Made by a program: the position numbers and the translations under genes | Shown: positions 24,527-34,732 of the stretch, piece by piece | Position numbering within the stretch: the first letter of the stretch is position 1 | How the letters are laid out: the number at the start of each line of letters is the position of its first letter | NCBI GenBank assembly: GCA_013152275.1 | Contig: JAADGS010000040.1 | Location: forward strand, 1 to 64,000 | Direction of reading: 5' to 3' | DNA: 64,000 nt | Source: Actinomycetota bacterium | GTDB lineage: Bacteria > Actinomycetota > Acidimicrobiia > Spongiisociales > UBA4744 | Notes under the pieces: model-generated | What the model saw: the letters and a program-made list of their open reading frames with translations, nothing else | The model's database searches: none | What the model was told of the DNA's origin: nothing

Positions 24527-25482
24527 AGCGAATCCTCCAGAATGCTTGCAAGCATCGGCCCCACCTCGGGCCGATCATTCATGACATCTGCACGGATGTA
24601 CCGGCGAATCCCGGCCTCCTCCGCGATGTTCCGGAACAGCATGTCGGTCTCATAGAGCGTCTCGATGTGGTCGGACACGAACGAGATCGGCACGACGACG
24701 ACGGTCGTGACCCCTTCGGCTCCCAGATCGCGAAGAACCTGGTCGGTACCCGGTCCGATCCAACGAACCGGACGGGTGCGCGACTGGTAACCGATCCTGG
24801 GATCGACCCGGTAGGCGAGACGTTGCACCACGCCGGCCACGGTCGCCGACGTCTCCTCCGGATACGGGTCGCCTCGATCGGCAACACGTTGCGGAAGGCC
24901 GTGTGCCGAGAAGAGCACGACAACACCGTCTCGCTCGCTCTCGGGAAGTCGCTCGATGGCCTCCGACACCAGTGCGGCCTGCACATCGAGATACACAGGG
25001 TGGTCGTACCAGGTTCGTATGACCTCCAAGGGAAGGTCGATATCCAGCTCCGTCATCACTCGGCGAAGTTCGGACTCGGACGAGCCGGTCGTGGCCGTCG
25101 AGTACTGGGGATAGAGGGGCAGGAGGACGAGGCGATCGACACCGGATCGAACGAGTTCCCGGACGGCGTCGTAGGTGTCGGGGCGCGTGTACCGCATGGC
25201 GACGGCCACGTCGATATCCCGGTCCCCGATGGCAGCTTCGAGAGATTTCGCCTGATGACGGGTGATCTCGAGAATGGGCGACCCGCCGCCGATGAGCCGG
25301 TAGTTCCTCCGGGCGAACGGCCCTCGGATCTTGGCCACCAGCCATCCGAACACCTTGCTCGTGGCGGGCCCGCCGGGAATCGGCACGAGGTCGGGGTCTT
25401 CGAAGATCGCACGAATGAACGGCTCCACCGAAGCCTGATCCCGCGGCCCCCCCATCTGGGCGAGCACGACACCGACCATCAC
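24523..25482 (-). CDS. hemH: Ferrochelatase
   Basis: QMGGP, LYPQYS, SAHGLP, SDHIETLYE. Confidence 0.96.
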   Translation of the reverse strand: MMVGVVLAQMGGPRDQASVEPFIRAIFEDPDLVPIPGGPATSKVFGWLVAKIRGPFARRNYRLIGGGSPILEITRHQAKSLEAAIGDRDIDVAVAMRYTRPDTYDAVRELVRSGVDRLVLLPLYPQYSTATTGSSESELRRVMTELDIDLPLEVIRTWYDHPVYLDVQAALVSEAIERLPESERDGVVVLFSAHGLPQRVADRGDPYPEETSATVAGVVQRLAYRVDPRIGYQSRTRPVRWIGPGTDQVLRDLGAEGVTTVVVVPISFVSDHIETLYETDMLFRNIAEEAGIRRYIRADVMNDRPEVGPMLASILEDSL

Positions 25483-26864
25483 ACGGTCCTCGAGAACACG
25501 GGACGCTCGGAACTCCCGTGCAAGTATGCGTCGAACGTCATCGCCACGTTGCGAATGAACACGGATCCGAGTTCGGTGGCCTGTACGCCGGCCGCCGAAA
25601 GGGTCACCATCCCCTGGTCGACGAGCCCATCCGGAGCCGTGAGGGCGGCGAGTTCGGATGCGAAGTAGGTTTCGAAGACGATGTCGAATCGCCTCTCGAC
25701 GTCATCGGCCCGAATGACATAGTTGCACATCAGCTCGGTGATCACATGGCGACGGATTCGATCGTCCTCGTTCAGGACGGTACCTCGCTCGATCGGGAGC
25801 ACACCGTTGTCGATTGCCTCGTAGTAGGAGGCGAGTCGCTTGTGATTCTGCGCGTACGCTCCGGCGACGTCGGAGATCCCCGAGGAGCCGAGCGCCACCA
25901 TCTCGGTACCACGTTTGGTCGTGTAGCCCATGAAGTTGCGAGACAGTGTCCCCTCGCGCTGCGCCACGGCCAGCTCGTCGTCGGGCAACGCGAAATGATC
26001 CATACCGATGGCCTGATAGCCACCACCGACCAGGCGATCCGAGACGAGGGAGAGCAGTGCGAACTTGAGGTCCCTGTCGGGAAGTAATGCGGGGTCGATC
26101 CGTTTCTGGTTCGGTCTCACCCACGGGACATAGGCAAACGAGTACACGGCGAGCCGATCGGGTCGCAGCTCGAGGATCCCCTCCAGCGTCTTGGAATAGG
26201 TCGCCTCCGTCTGACCGGGCAGACCGTAGATGAGGTCTACGTTGATGGACTCATACCCGAGCTCTCGCGCCGACAGGTGGAGGCTTTGCGTCTGCTCCCA
26301 CGTCTGGTGACGCCCGATCATGTCCTGCACCCGCGGGTCGAGGTCCTGGACACCAAGCGAGATCCGATTGAAGCCGAGGCCGCGCAGGACTTCCAGATGC
26401 GCTCTCGACGTCACCCTCGGGTCGACCTCCAGAGCGACCTCCGCCGCCGGATCCAACTCGAACCGATCGAGGAGCCCCCGGTGCAGCCGCTCGAGATCCT
26501 CGGGCGTGTAGTAGGTGGGCGTGCCACCGCCCCACTGGTACTGAACCAATCTGCGCCGTTCACCGAGCCGTTCAGCGACGACGCTTGCCTCATCGAGCAC
26601 CCTGCCAAGGTAGGCATCGGCCACGGACTTCCTCCGGGCGACGACGACATGGCACCCGCAAAACGAACAGCGGGCCTCGCAGAACGGCAGATGCACGTAC
26701 AGCGACAGCGGCCCGGTGGCGTCGCGAGCGGCGGCCTCGAGATGCGATCCGTACTCGGCAGGACCGAAGTCGGTGGAGAACTCCACGGCGGTCGGATAGG
26801 ACGTGTATCGAGGGCCGGGCTTGTCGTAGCGTGCCAGGAGTTCCGGGGTCAGTGAAACACTCAT
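25479..26864 (-). CDS. hemN: Oxygen-independent coproporphyrinogen III oxidase (radical SAM)
   Basis: GPRYTSYPTA, CEARCSFCGC, GGGTPT, GMDHF, RNFMGY, C-terminal FSRTV. Confidence 0.95.
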   Translation of the reverse strand: MSVSLTPELLARYDKPGPRYTSYPTAVEFSTDFGPAEYGSHLEAAARDATGPLSLYVHLPFCEARCSFCGCHVVVARRKSVADAYLGRVLDEASVVAERLGERRRLVQYQWGGGTPTYYTPEDLERLHRGLLDRFELDPAAEVALEVDPRVTSRAHLEVLRGLGFNRISLGVQDLDPRVQDMIGRHQTWEQTQSLHLSARELGYESINVDLIYGLPGQTEATYSKTLEGILELRPDRLAVYSFAYVPWVRPNQKRIDPALLPDRDLKFALLSLVSDRLVGGGYQAIGMDHFALPDDELAVAQREGTLSRNFMGYTTKRGTEMVALGSSGISDVAGAYAQNHKRLASYYEAIDNGVLPIERGTVLNEDDRIRRHVITELMCNYVIRADDVERRFDIVFETYFASELAALTAPDGLVDQGMVTLSAAGVQATELGSVFIRNVAMTFDAYLHGSSERPVFSRTV

Positions 26865-27853
26865 GCCACTCCCCGAACTGCTTCGATCATCGCCTCGACG
26901 TTCCCGACGGGGGTCGTACGGTGAATCCCGTGTCCCAGGTTGAACACGTGACCAGGTCGCCCGCCAACGGCGTCCAGGATCTCGGTGACCGCGGATCGGA
27001 CGGTGGCGGGGTCGGTGAGCAGGACGGCCGGATCGAGGTTCCCCTGTATCGCGGCGGTGGAGCCGATATGGTTCCACGCTTCGTCGATCGGAACTCGCCA
27101 GTCGACCCCGTAGCCCGTGGCGCCGACTCCGGAGAACAGATCCAGATTGTGCGCCGCGTGGGGTGCGAAGTAGATCGTCGGCACTCCCAGGTCGGCGAGC
27201 GCCAGCCTCGCCGCCGGAACGGCGAAGCGGGCGAAGCGGCTCCGCGACAGGACCCCGGCCCACGAGTCGAACATCTGGACCACGTGCGCACCTGCCGAAA
27301 CCTGCATACGAAGGTACGCATTCATCGCCCTGCCGAGACCGGCCAGGGCACGCTCGGATACTTCCGGTCTCTGCTCGAGGGCCGAACGCATGCCGAGGAA
27401 GTCCCTGCTGCCCTGACCTTCGATCAGATAGGCGAGCAGCGTCACCGGACCTCCCGCGAACCCGATGATCGCCGTGGTGTCGTCGAGACCTGCACGGGCC
27501 CGCGAGATCGCCTCACCGACGAAGTCGACGGCGCCGATGTCGAGCTCCCCGAGTTCAGCGACTTCCTCGATACCGTGCGGTCGGAGTTTCGGCCCGGGAT
27601 CGAATGTTGCATCGACACCCATTCCCTCGAGGGGAGTCATGATGTCGGAGAACACGATGGCCGCGTCCAGGGAGAACCTGCGCACCGGCTGCATGGTGAT
27701 CTCGGCGGCGATGTCCGGATCGTGCACGGCTTGCTGGAAGCCGAATCGGCTTCGCAGCTCCCGGTATTCGGGGAGGTAGCGACCGGCCTGGCGCATGAAC
27801 CAGACAGGAGGCCGGTCGAGTGGCTCGCGAGCCAACGCGTCGAGCAGTCTCAC
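26861..27853 (-). CDS. hemE: Uroporphyrinogen decarboxylase
   Basis: PVWFMRQAGRYLPEY, FNLGHG. Confidence 0.97.
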   Translation of the reverse strand: MRLLDALAREPLDRPPVWFMRQAGRYLPEYRELRSRFGFQQAVHDPDIAAEITMQPVRRFSLDAAIVFSDIMTPLEGMGVDATFDPGPKLRPHGIEEVAELGELDIGAVDFVGEAISRARAGLDDTTAIIGFAGGPVTLLAYLIEGQGSRDFLGMRSALEQRPEVSERALAGLGRAMNAYLRMQVSAGAHVVQMFDSWAGVLSRSRFARFAVPAARLALADLGVPTIYFAPHAAHNLDLFSGVGATGYGVDWRVPIDEAWNHIGSTAAIQGNLDPAVLLTDPATVRSAVTEILDAVGGRPGHVFNLGHGIHRTTPVGNVEAMIEAVRGVA

Positions 27854-29121
27854 GCACCCGCCTCCTCGATGGCTTCCTCGAAGACCGTGAGCGCTTCGTC
27901 GAGCGGACCGTCCAGATGTGCCTCCATCAGGAACCACGCCTCGAACGCCGACGGTGGGATGAGAACGCCGCGACGCAGCGCAGCATGAAAGAAGCGGTTG
28001 AAGAGATCGGTGTCGATGCCCACCACGTCATCCCACGTCTCGACGTGCTCCACACCGAGGAACACGCCGATCATGCCGCCGACATGGTGCACGGTTGCAC
28101 TCATACCCGCTCTCCTTGCAGCCGCCTCGACACGGTTCGCAACGCGTGATCCCGCCTCGTCGAAATGCTCGTACAACTCGGGATGGTCGCGAAGGTAGCG
28201 CAGGGTGACAAGACCGGCGGCGGTGGCAAGCGGGTTCCCGGCAAGGGTCCCCGCCTGATAGACGGGGCCGTCGGGAGCGATCATCCGCATCAGGTCCGCG
28301 CGCCCTCCATAGGCCGCAGCCGGAGCGCCGCCCGCCATCACCTTGCCCAGGGTCGTCAGGTCCGGCATGACCCCGTACAGGCCCTGGGCAGACGTGGGTC
28401 CGACACGAAACCCGGTCATGACCTCATCGAAGATCAGGAGGGCACCGTGGCGATCGCACAGGGAGCGAAGACCTTCGAGGAACCCGGGAACAGGCGGGAT
28501 GCACCCCATGTTGCCGGCAACCGGCTCGACGATCACCGTCGCCACGGTGTCGTCCAACAACGCCTCCACAGACGCCAGGTCGTTGTAACGGGCGACCCTG
28601 GTGTCACCGGCGGTGCCCGGAGGAACACCGGGGCTGCTGGGAGTACCGAAGGTTGCCAGGCCGCTGCCGGCCTTGACCAGGAACGGATCGGCGTGGCCGT
28701 GATACCCACCTTCGAACTTCACGATGACGGAACGTCCCGTTGCCGCCCTCGCCAGGCGAACCGCCGAGGCGGTCGCCTCGGTTCCGCTGTTGACCATCCG
28801 GACGATTTCGACCGACGGCACCATGTCGACGATCAGCTCGGCGAGTTCGACCTCGCCAGGAGTGGGAACTCCGAACGACGTACCGGCGGCCGCGGCATCC
28901 TGGACGGCGCGAACGACGTCGGCTCGGGCATGGCCGAGGATCAATGCTCCCCACGACGCGATGAAGTCGATCAGTTGCTCACCATCGGTCGTGCGGATGC
29001 GAGCACCATCTCCTTCGAGGATGAACGGAGGGGTTCCACCGACGGCACCGAATGCCCGCACCGGTGAGTTGACGCCGCCCGGCATGACTGCCCTGGCCCG
29101 ATCCCACAGCGTGCCCATCAT
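27850..29121 (-). CDS. hemL: Glutamate-1-semialdehyde 2,1-aminomutase
   Basis: PGGVNSPVRAF, SGTEA, FDEVMTGFR, YQAGTL. Confidence 0.97.
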   Translation of the reverse strand: MMGTLWDRARAVMPGGVNSPVRAFGAVGGTPPFILEGDGARIRTTDGEQLIDFIASWGALILGHARADVVRAVQDAAAAGTSFGVPTPGEVELAELIVDMVPSVEIVRMVNSGTEATASAVRLARAATGRSVIVKFEGGYHGHADPFLVKAGSGLATFGTPSSPGVPPGTAGDTRVARYNDLASVEALLDDTVATVIVEPVAGNMGCIPPVPGFLEGLRSLCDRHGALLIFDEVMTGFRVGPTSAQGLYGVMPDLTTLGKVMAGGAPAAAYGGRADLMRMIAPDGPVYQAGTLAGNPLATAAGLVTLRYLRDHPELYEHFDEAGSRVANRVEAAARRAGMSATVHHVGGMIGVFLGVEHVETWDDVVGIDTDLFNRFFHAALRRGVLIPPSAFEAWFLMEAHLDGPLDEALTVFEEAIEEAGA

Positions 29122-30095
29122 TGCTCCTGGAGCATCCGTGCGGCATCGAGCGCGAAGTAGGTGAGGATGACATCTGCGCCCGCCCTGGCAATCCCGACGA
29201 GCGATTCGAGCATCACCCTGTCCCGGTCGAGCCATCCGTTGGCTCCTGCCGCCTCGATCATGGAGAACTCACCGGACACCTGATACGCGGCCATCGGAAG
29301 GTCGATTCGGTCTCGCAGGTCGCGGATGATGTCCTGGTACGGCCCGGCAGGCTTGACCATCACCATGTCGGCTCCTTCTTCCACGTCCAGAGCAGCCTCT
29401 CGACGTGCCTCTCTCGCGTTGCGCGGATCCATCTGGTAGGAGCGCCGGTCTCCGAATGCCGGGGTTGAATGTGCCGCATCCCTGAACGGACCGTAGAAGG
29501 CGGACGCATACTTGACCGCGTACGAGCAGATGGCGATGTCGGAGTGTCCTGCCTGGTCGAGTGCCGAACGGATCGCCCCGACCCTGCCGTCCATCATGTC
29601 GGAGGGCGCGATGACATCCGCACCGGCGTCCGCGTAGGCGAGCGCTGCTTTCGAGAGCAGGGGAAGGGCGGCATCGTTGTCGACCTCTTCGCCGCGCAAC
29701 GGCCCACAGTGGCCGTGGCTGGTGTACTCGCAAAGGCACACGTCGGCCCACGTGACCAGGTCGGGAACGGCCGAGCTCACCGCTTCGATAGCTTGCGGAA
29801 CGGGTCCTCGAGGATCCCATGCAGATGAACCGAGATCGTCCTTGGTGTCGGGGATACCGAAGAACATCATGCCTCCCACACCGGCATCTGCAGCCTCATG
29901 TGCGAGGTCCACGATCTTGTCGACCGAACGCTGTGCGTGGCCGGGCATCGAGCGGATAGGCCGCTCGATCCCGCTTCCGGGCACGACGAACACGGGAAGC
30001 ACGAATCGGGCAGGATCGAGCCTCGTCTCTGCCACCGTTTCTCGAAGCTTCGAAGTGCGTCGAAGGCGTCGAGGACGGACAATCGGGAAACTCAT
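29118..30095 (-). CDS. hemB: Porphobilinogen synthase
   Basis: DVCLCEYTSHGHCG, SDMMDGR, MVKPA. Confidence 0.97.
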   Translation of the reverse strand: MSFPIVRPRRLRRTSKLRETVAETRLDPARFVLPVFVVPGSGIERPIRSMPGHAQRSVDKIVDLAHEAADAGVGGMMFFGIPDTKDDLGSSAWDPRGPVPQAIEAVSSAVPDLVTWADVCLCEYTSHGHCGPLRGEEVDNDAALPLLSKAALAYADAGADVIAPSDMMDGRVGAIRSALDQAGHSDIAICSYAVKYASAFYGPFRDAAHSTPAFGDRRSYQMDPRNAREARREAALDVEEGADMVMVKPAGPYQDIIRDLRDRIDLPMAAYQVSGEFSMIEAAGANGWLDRDRVMLESLVGIARAGADVILTYFALDAARMLQEQ

Positions 30096-30769
30096 ATGTG
30101 TACCTCCAAACGGGCCGAGAGGGCCTGCGCCAACAGATCGAACCGTGGGACCTCCGGCATGACGTCGACCGTACCGCCCAGACTCTCGACCTGCCCGGCC
30201 GTACGCGAACCGATGGCGCCCACGACCGGCCCCGCCAGCGAACGAGCCAGCACCCATCCTCGCACCGCCGATGGGGAACCGAAGGCGACGGCGTCGACCG
30301 AATCGCCCTGCGGCGGGATCGGAACGGTGCGATACACCGGTGCTGCGTCGAGGTTCCCAACCTTCGACGCCAAGAGGCGGAGCGTCTCGGGGTCCGTTCC
30401 CTGCGCGTGCGGGAAGACGACCCACCGGCCGGGAGCGTCGATCTCTGCCGCGAGAGCCAGGCCGGTCGAACTGCCCACGAGCGACACCCGACCGCCTCGT
30501 TCCGTGACGGCCGCCGCGGTTGCAGAACCGACCGCCGCGACCGGAGCTGCCGGAGCGTGCTCACCCCAGAGGAGGTTCAAGGCCGTCACCGAGGTGAGCA
30601 CGACGAGATCGGCGCGCTCGGCCTTCCGTCGCATCTCGTCGATCACACGCGCCGGAACCGCCTCGATACGAACACAGGGCAGCCGGACCGGTCGCAGCCC
30701 TGCGGCGGTGAAGATGGCCTCGACCCTCGGTGAGCGTTCGGCGGCGGTGGTGATGCCGATCCTGTTCAC
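30092..30769 (-). CDS. hemD: Uroporphyrinogen-III synthase
   Basis: LTS, AVGSATA, VYRT, FGSPSAV, AIGSRT; position after hemC. Confidence 0.85.
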   Translation of the reverse strand: MNRIGITTAAERSPRVEAIFTAAGLRPVRLPCVRIEAVPARVIDEMRRKAERADLVVLTSVTALNLLWGEHAPAAPVAAVGSATAAAVTERGGRVSLVGSSTGLALAAEIDAPGRWVVFPHAQGTDPETLRLLASKVGNLDAAPVYRTVPIPPQGDSVDAVAFGSPSAVRGWVLARSLAGPVVGAIGSRTAGQVESLGGTVDVMPEVPRFDLLAQALSARLEVHI

Positions 30770-31626
30770 AGGCGAAGTTCCTTCCGTGCCGCGGCGACGA
30801 CTGCGGCGGGATCCTCGCCGTGAACGGTGACGCGGCGCGGTCCGAGCTCGTCGTCGACGAACGCCACCAAGGAGAGCCCATGTTTGCTGCGCGATGCGAG
30901 CGCGCCGAGAGCCGACCGACACCCCGCCCCGGTGGCCGAGAGCAGAAGGCGCTCTGTCTCGACCAGCAGTCTCAACCTCGGATCGTCGATGGCCGCCACG
31001 ACATCGCGAGCCGGCCCATCGGCGAGGGTCTCGATGGCAAGGACACCTTGGCCGGGAGCCGGCGTCATCTCGTCGACGATGAACCGTTGAGCGATCTCGT
31101 CGATCAGTCCGAGCCGCTCCAGACCGGCCTCGGCGAGTATCACTGCCGCGACCTCGCCATCGTGGACTCGCCGGACCCGGGTTGGGACGTTGCCGCGCGG
31201 TTCCACCGTTCGCAGGTCGGGTCGAAGAGCGAGGAGCTGTGCTATTCGCCGAGGACTGCCCGTCCCGACGATCGCCCCCTCTTCGAGACGATCGAGCGAA
31301 GCGCCGACGAGCACGTCGTACGGACTGCGGCGCTCGGGATAGGCTGCAACGACGAGTCCGTCCGGCCGGTCTGTGGGCAGGTCTTTGAGCGAGTGCACCG
31401 CGAGATCTGCCCGACCGTCGAGAACCGCCGCCTGGACCGACCGCACGAACGCCCCCATCTCGGTCAGCGCCGTCACCGGAGAGACCCGGTCACGATCTCC
31501 TGCCGACTCGACGATGACCAGACGTGTCTCGATTCCGCGTGCCACCGCCCGCAACATCGATGCGACGGCATACGCCTGCGCCACCGCGAGGTCGGACGCT
31601 CTCGTCGCGATTCGGATCTCACGCAT
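30766..31626 (-). CDS. hemC: Hydroxymethylbilane synthase
   Basis: IATRASDLA, AVHSLKDLP, PAPGQG, GAGC. Confidence 0.95.
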   Translation of the reverse strand: MREIRIATRASDLAVAQAYAVASMLRAVARGIETRLVIVESAGDRDRVSPVTALTEMGAFVRSVQAAVLDGRADLAVHSLKDLPTDRPDGLVVAAYPERRSPYDVLVGASLDRLEEGAIVGTGSPRRIAQLLALRPDLRTVEPRGNVPTRVRRVHDGEVAAVILAEAGLERLGLIDEIAQRFIVDEMTPAPGQGVLAIETLADGPARDVVAAIDDPRLRLLVETERLLLSATGAGCRSALGALASRSKHGLSLVAFVDDELGPRRVTVHGEDPAAVVAAARKELRL

Positions 31627-32812
31627 CCTTGGCACCGAAGATCTCCGCGAGGAGTTCGGCCGCCTCTGCTCCTCGCGTACCCGCACCGAGATAGGACAGT
31701 GGACGGTGCAAGACACGGTGCGCAACCGTTTCGGCAAGCTGCTTGACCAAGGCGTCGGACAACCCCTCCGCCGCCTGGATCTTTGGAGCGAACCGTTCGA
31801 CCTCTTCGGCCACCGTGGCATCCGCCTCGGCGAGAATGGCTGCGATCACCGGGCCTGCAACATGCCGATTCTCGAGACGCGCCCAGTTCTGGCGAGCGGC
31901 ATCCGCCACCAGCGCTTCGAGGTCGGCCGACACCTGCTCCGTTCGCGCCCGTTCCGCGAGGGCATCGAGATTCACATATGTGAGCTTCTGCATGTCCTCT
32001 GCAGGAGAAAAGTCGGGAGGCATCGCGAGGTCGATCAGCAGCAGGGCGTCGGTTCTCTGCTCGAGTGCCCGTGCCAGGACCTCCTGCCCGAAGAGCTCCC
32101 GTTTCGCCGCAGTTGCGGAGATGACCACCGGCATCGTGGCCAACGCTTCCGGAGCATGTTCGATATGGAGAACGTGGTCCGACTCGAACCGGACTTCGTT
32201 CGGCCTGCGCGCATACACCGTCACGAGGGGAGCCTCGGCGGCCCTGCCCCGAAGCGCCTCCGTTGCAGCCCGGGCCATCGCCCCTGCACCAAACACCGCG
32301 ACTTCCCCCTTACCGTCTACGAGCTTGGCTGCGATGAGCGCAAGGGACCCCGCCGCGGTGTCGGGAAGGACTCTGCGAGCGCTGCGACCGGCTCCGACCG
32401 CGCTCTCGAGCAGCTTGCCCAGACTCCCACCGATCACACCGGCGGTGCGGCCCAGGTCGATCGCGTGACGGAACTGGGCAAGAACCTCCGGCTCACCGAC
32501 AACCGGCGAGTCGAGCCCGGCTGCCACCCGATACAGATGCAGCAGTACGTCATGATCGTTGCGACGGACGCCCGAGGTGGGAAGGGTCAGGTCCGAATAG
32601 AGGATCTCGGCGACCCTGTCCAGGGCGGCATCACACCCGACACTGACGATCTCGACACGCAAACACGTCGATAGGACGAACGCGTCGATCCCGGCCTCGC
32701 TGACCCGTCGATAGGCGGCGGTGAGGGCGTCATCTGCGAGTGCGAGCTTGGCGCGATCCACCGATGAGGTGTGAGGATGCGCAAATGTCAGCGAGCTGAT
32801 CCGAAAGGCCAT
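31619..32812 (-). CDS. hemA: Glutamyl-tRNA reductase (divergent)
   Basis: LSTCLRVE (usually TCNR), GLDSPVVGE, GAGAM, IDLAMP; first gene of the hem operon. Confidence 0.88.
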   Translation of the reverse strand: MAFRISSLTFAHPHTSSVDRAKLALADDALTAAYRRVSEAGIDAFVLSTCLRVEIVSVGCDAALDRVAEILYSDLTLPTSGVRRNDHDVLLHLYRVAAGLDSPVVGEPEVLAQFRHAIDLGRTAGVIGGSLGKLLESAVGAGRSARRVLPDTAAGSLALIAAKLVDGKGEVAVFGAGAMARAATEALRGRAAEAPLVTVYARRPNEVRFESDHVLHIEHAPEALATMPVVISATAAKRELFGQEVLARALEQRTDALLLIDLAMPPDFSPAEDMQKLTYVNLDALAERARTEQVSADLEALVADAARQNWARLENRHVAGPVIAAILAEADATVAEEVERFAPKIQAAEGLSDALVKQLAETVAHRVLHRPLSYLGAGTRGAEAAELLAEIFGAKDA

Positions 32813-32952
32813 CTACTCCAAACCCGGGCGTTCCGCAGGAAGCTACAGGGAGATCACGTCGACAGCGAGTCGATTCGAATCCGACACGGTGACGGATGCA
32901 CGCTCATCTGCAGCCCGATCCTCGATGCGTCATCTCCACTCGAGGGAACGGC

Positions 32953-33414
32953 TCACTCCGAACCGAGTTCCTTTCGCACGAGTCTGCCGACCAGCGCCCC
33001 ATCGAGTTCGTCGCGGTGCGACTTCATCAGATGACCGATCACCCGTCCGGCAGACTTCGGATCGTCGACACCGAGTTCGGCGATCGCCGCGCGCACGAGG
33101 GCAACCGTTTCGATCTCCGACAGCGTCTTCGGAAGCCAGCGGGAGAGGTATTCGACTTCGAAGCCGAGCTTCTCGGCCATCGCCGATCCTCGTTCCCCCA
33201 GGCCGGCGTACTCGTCGCGAGCCTTGCTCATCTTCTTCACGTACGACGCGATCACCTGCGCATACAGTGCGTCGTCCGCCTCTCCCTCGAAGCCGGGGGC
33301 AGTGATCCTGCGAGCAACCTCCGTCTCGATCTGCCGGACGACATCACGTCTCCACACGTCACGCGCCAGCATCGCCTCTCTCAGCTCCGACGCAAGTTCC
33401 GCCTTGATGCTCAT
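32953..33414 (-). CDS. GatB/YqeY domain protein
   Basis: Helical protein with EVEYLSRWLPKTLS and GRVIG...DGALV pattern. Confidence 0.85.
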   Translation of the reverse strand: MSIKAELASELREAMLARDVWRRDVVRQIETEVARRITAPGFEGEADDALYAQVIASYVKKMSKARDEYAGLGERGSAMAEKLGFEVEYLSRWLPKTLSEIETVALVRAAIAELGVDDPKSAGRVIGHLMKSHRDELDGALVGRLVRKELGSE

Positions 33415-34115
33415 GTGTGTCTCCTCAGTGTTCGTCGAATCCTGCCAGGATCGTCACTGACGATCGTCGACACTCCGGCTTCGGCAAGCGCGATGGCACG
33501 ATCTTCCTCATTCACCGTCCATGCCACGATGTCGAGTCCCTGCTCGAGCACCGATTCGATCACCGACTCTCCTTCGAGCAACGACCAGTGCGGTGCGACC
33601 ACCTGGTGCCCGGATGCAGCTGCCCGACCTACCGCCGCCTCCAGAGAACCGTCCGGCTCGACCAAGAGTCCGGTTCGGAGACCCGGATACGCCGACCGGA
33701 TCGCATCCATCGTGGGCCAGTGAAACGACGTGACCACATCCTGCGGACGGGCGAGACCGGCAACAGACAGCGGGAATGTGAAGTCCGGGTCGAAATCGGG
33801 GTCTTTCGGGTCGTTCTTGATCTCGATATCCAGGGGGAAGTCGCCGATCAGGTCCAACAGATGCTCGAATCGGGCCGGACGATGTCCCCCTCCGACATCG
33901 ACGGTCTCGAGTATCCCCCACGGAGTCTCGATGATGACATGTCCGTCGAGTACGGCATCGTGCGAGAGCACGATCACTCCGTCCGAGGTCCGTCGCGTAT
34001 CCAGTTCCACGAGATCGCAGACGTCTCGAGCCGCGAGGATCCCCGCCAGCGTGTTGTCGGGATACTCGACCCGAAGACCGCGATGCCCACCGACCAAAAT
34101 TCTAGATAAATCCAT
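33411..34115 (-). CDS. Glycerophosphodiester phosphodiesterase
   Basis: HRG, NT, ELD, HD, IEIK, WTVN, SDDP. Confidence 0.92.
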   Translation of the reverse strand: MDLSRILVGGHRGLRVEYPDNTLAGILAARDVCDLVELDTRRTSDGVIVLSHDAVLDGHVIIETPWGILETVDVGGGHRPARFEHLLDLIGDFPLDIEIKNDPKDPDFDPDFTFPLSVAGLARPQDVVTSFHWPTMDAIRSAYPGLRTGLLVEPDGSLEAAVGRAAASGHQVVAPHWSLLEGESVIESVLEQGLDIVAWTVNEEDRAIALAEAGVSTIVSDDPGRIRRTLRRHT

Positions 34116-34158
34116 GTCATTATCCCTTGCCGAAGCCCAAGACCAGAGTTAGGGTTCT

Positions 34159-34174
34159 TGTGAATTACATCACA
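34159..34174. promoter_or_regulatory. CRP/GlxR binding site
   Basis: Perfect TGTGA-N6-TCACA (TGTGAATTACATCACA) between divergent GDPD and whiB genes. Confidence 0.75.
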
Positions 34175-34197
34175 ATCCTTGTTCAAGGAGTTTCGAC

Positions 34198-34467
34198 TTG
34201 CTCACCGTAACCACCGAATGGCGTCAGCTCGCCGCCTGCCGGGACTCTGAGCCGGCGCTGTTCTTTCCCGTCGGTTCCACCGGAACGGCTATCGATGCCA
34301 TCGCCGAAGCAAAGACCATCTGCACCCTGTGCTCCGTGAAGGAGGACTGCCTGCAGTACGCGCTCCGATCCAATCAGGAATCCGGAGTCTGGGGCGGATA
34401 CGCCGAAGACGAACGGCGCCGCCTCCGCAAGCGCTGGCTTGCAGAACGCAGGCGCCGGGCCAGCTGA
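34198..34467 (+). CDS. whiB1: WhiB-family Fe-S transcriptional regulator (WhiB1/WblE-like)
   Basis: Four Cys, LFFPVG, GVWGG, EDERR; AAGGAG SD. Confidence 0.9.
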   Translation: MLTVTTEWRQLAACRDSEPALFFPVGSTGTAIDAIAEAKTICTLCSVKEDCLQYALRSNQESGVWGGYAEDERRRLRKRWLAERRRRAS

Positions 34468-34510
34468 CCCGACCATCCACGACACGGGCCGGCGGAAGCG
34501 CCGGCCTTTG

Positions 34511-34732
34511 TCATGTTCCGAATCCGACATTGACCCTGTGCTCTGGTTCCAACTCGACGAAACTGATCTTCGAGACCGGGATCCCCACCCGCTTGCCATC
34601 GATGGCATCCACCCAGATGAGCGCATCGCTGTTGAAGTGGGCTGCCTCCAACATCGCGACAAACGCATCGGCGTCATCGATATCCAGCTCGACTTCACGA
34701 GACGTGTCGGCGATTCCTATTCGAACGCGCAT
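34511..34732 (-). CDS. DUF3107 family protein
   Basis: MRVRIGIADTSREVEL...ISFVEL...VGFG. Confidence 0.85.
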   Translation of the reverse strand: MRVRIGIADTSREVELDIDDADAFVAMLEAAHFNSDALIWVDAIDGKRVGIPVSKISFVELEPEHRVNVGFGT

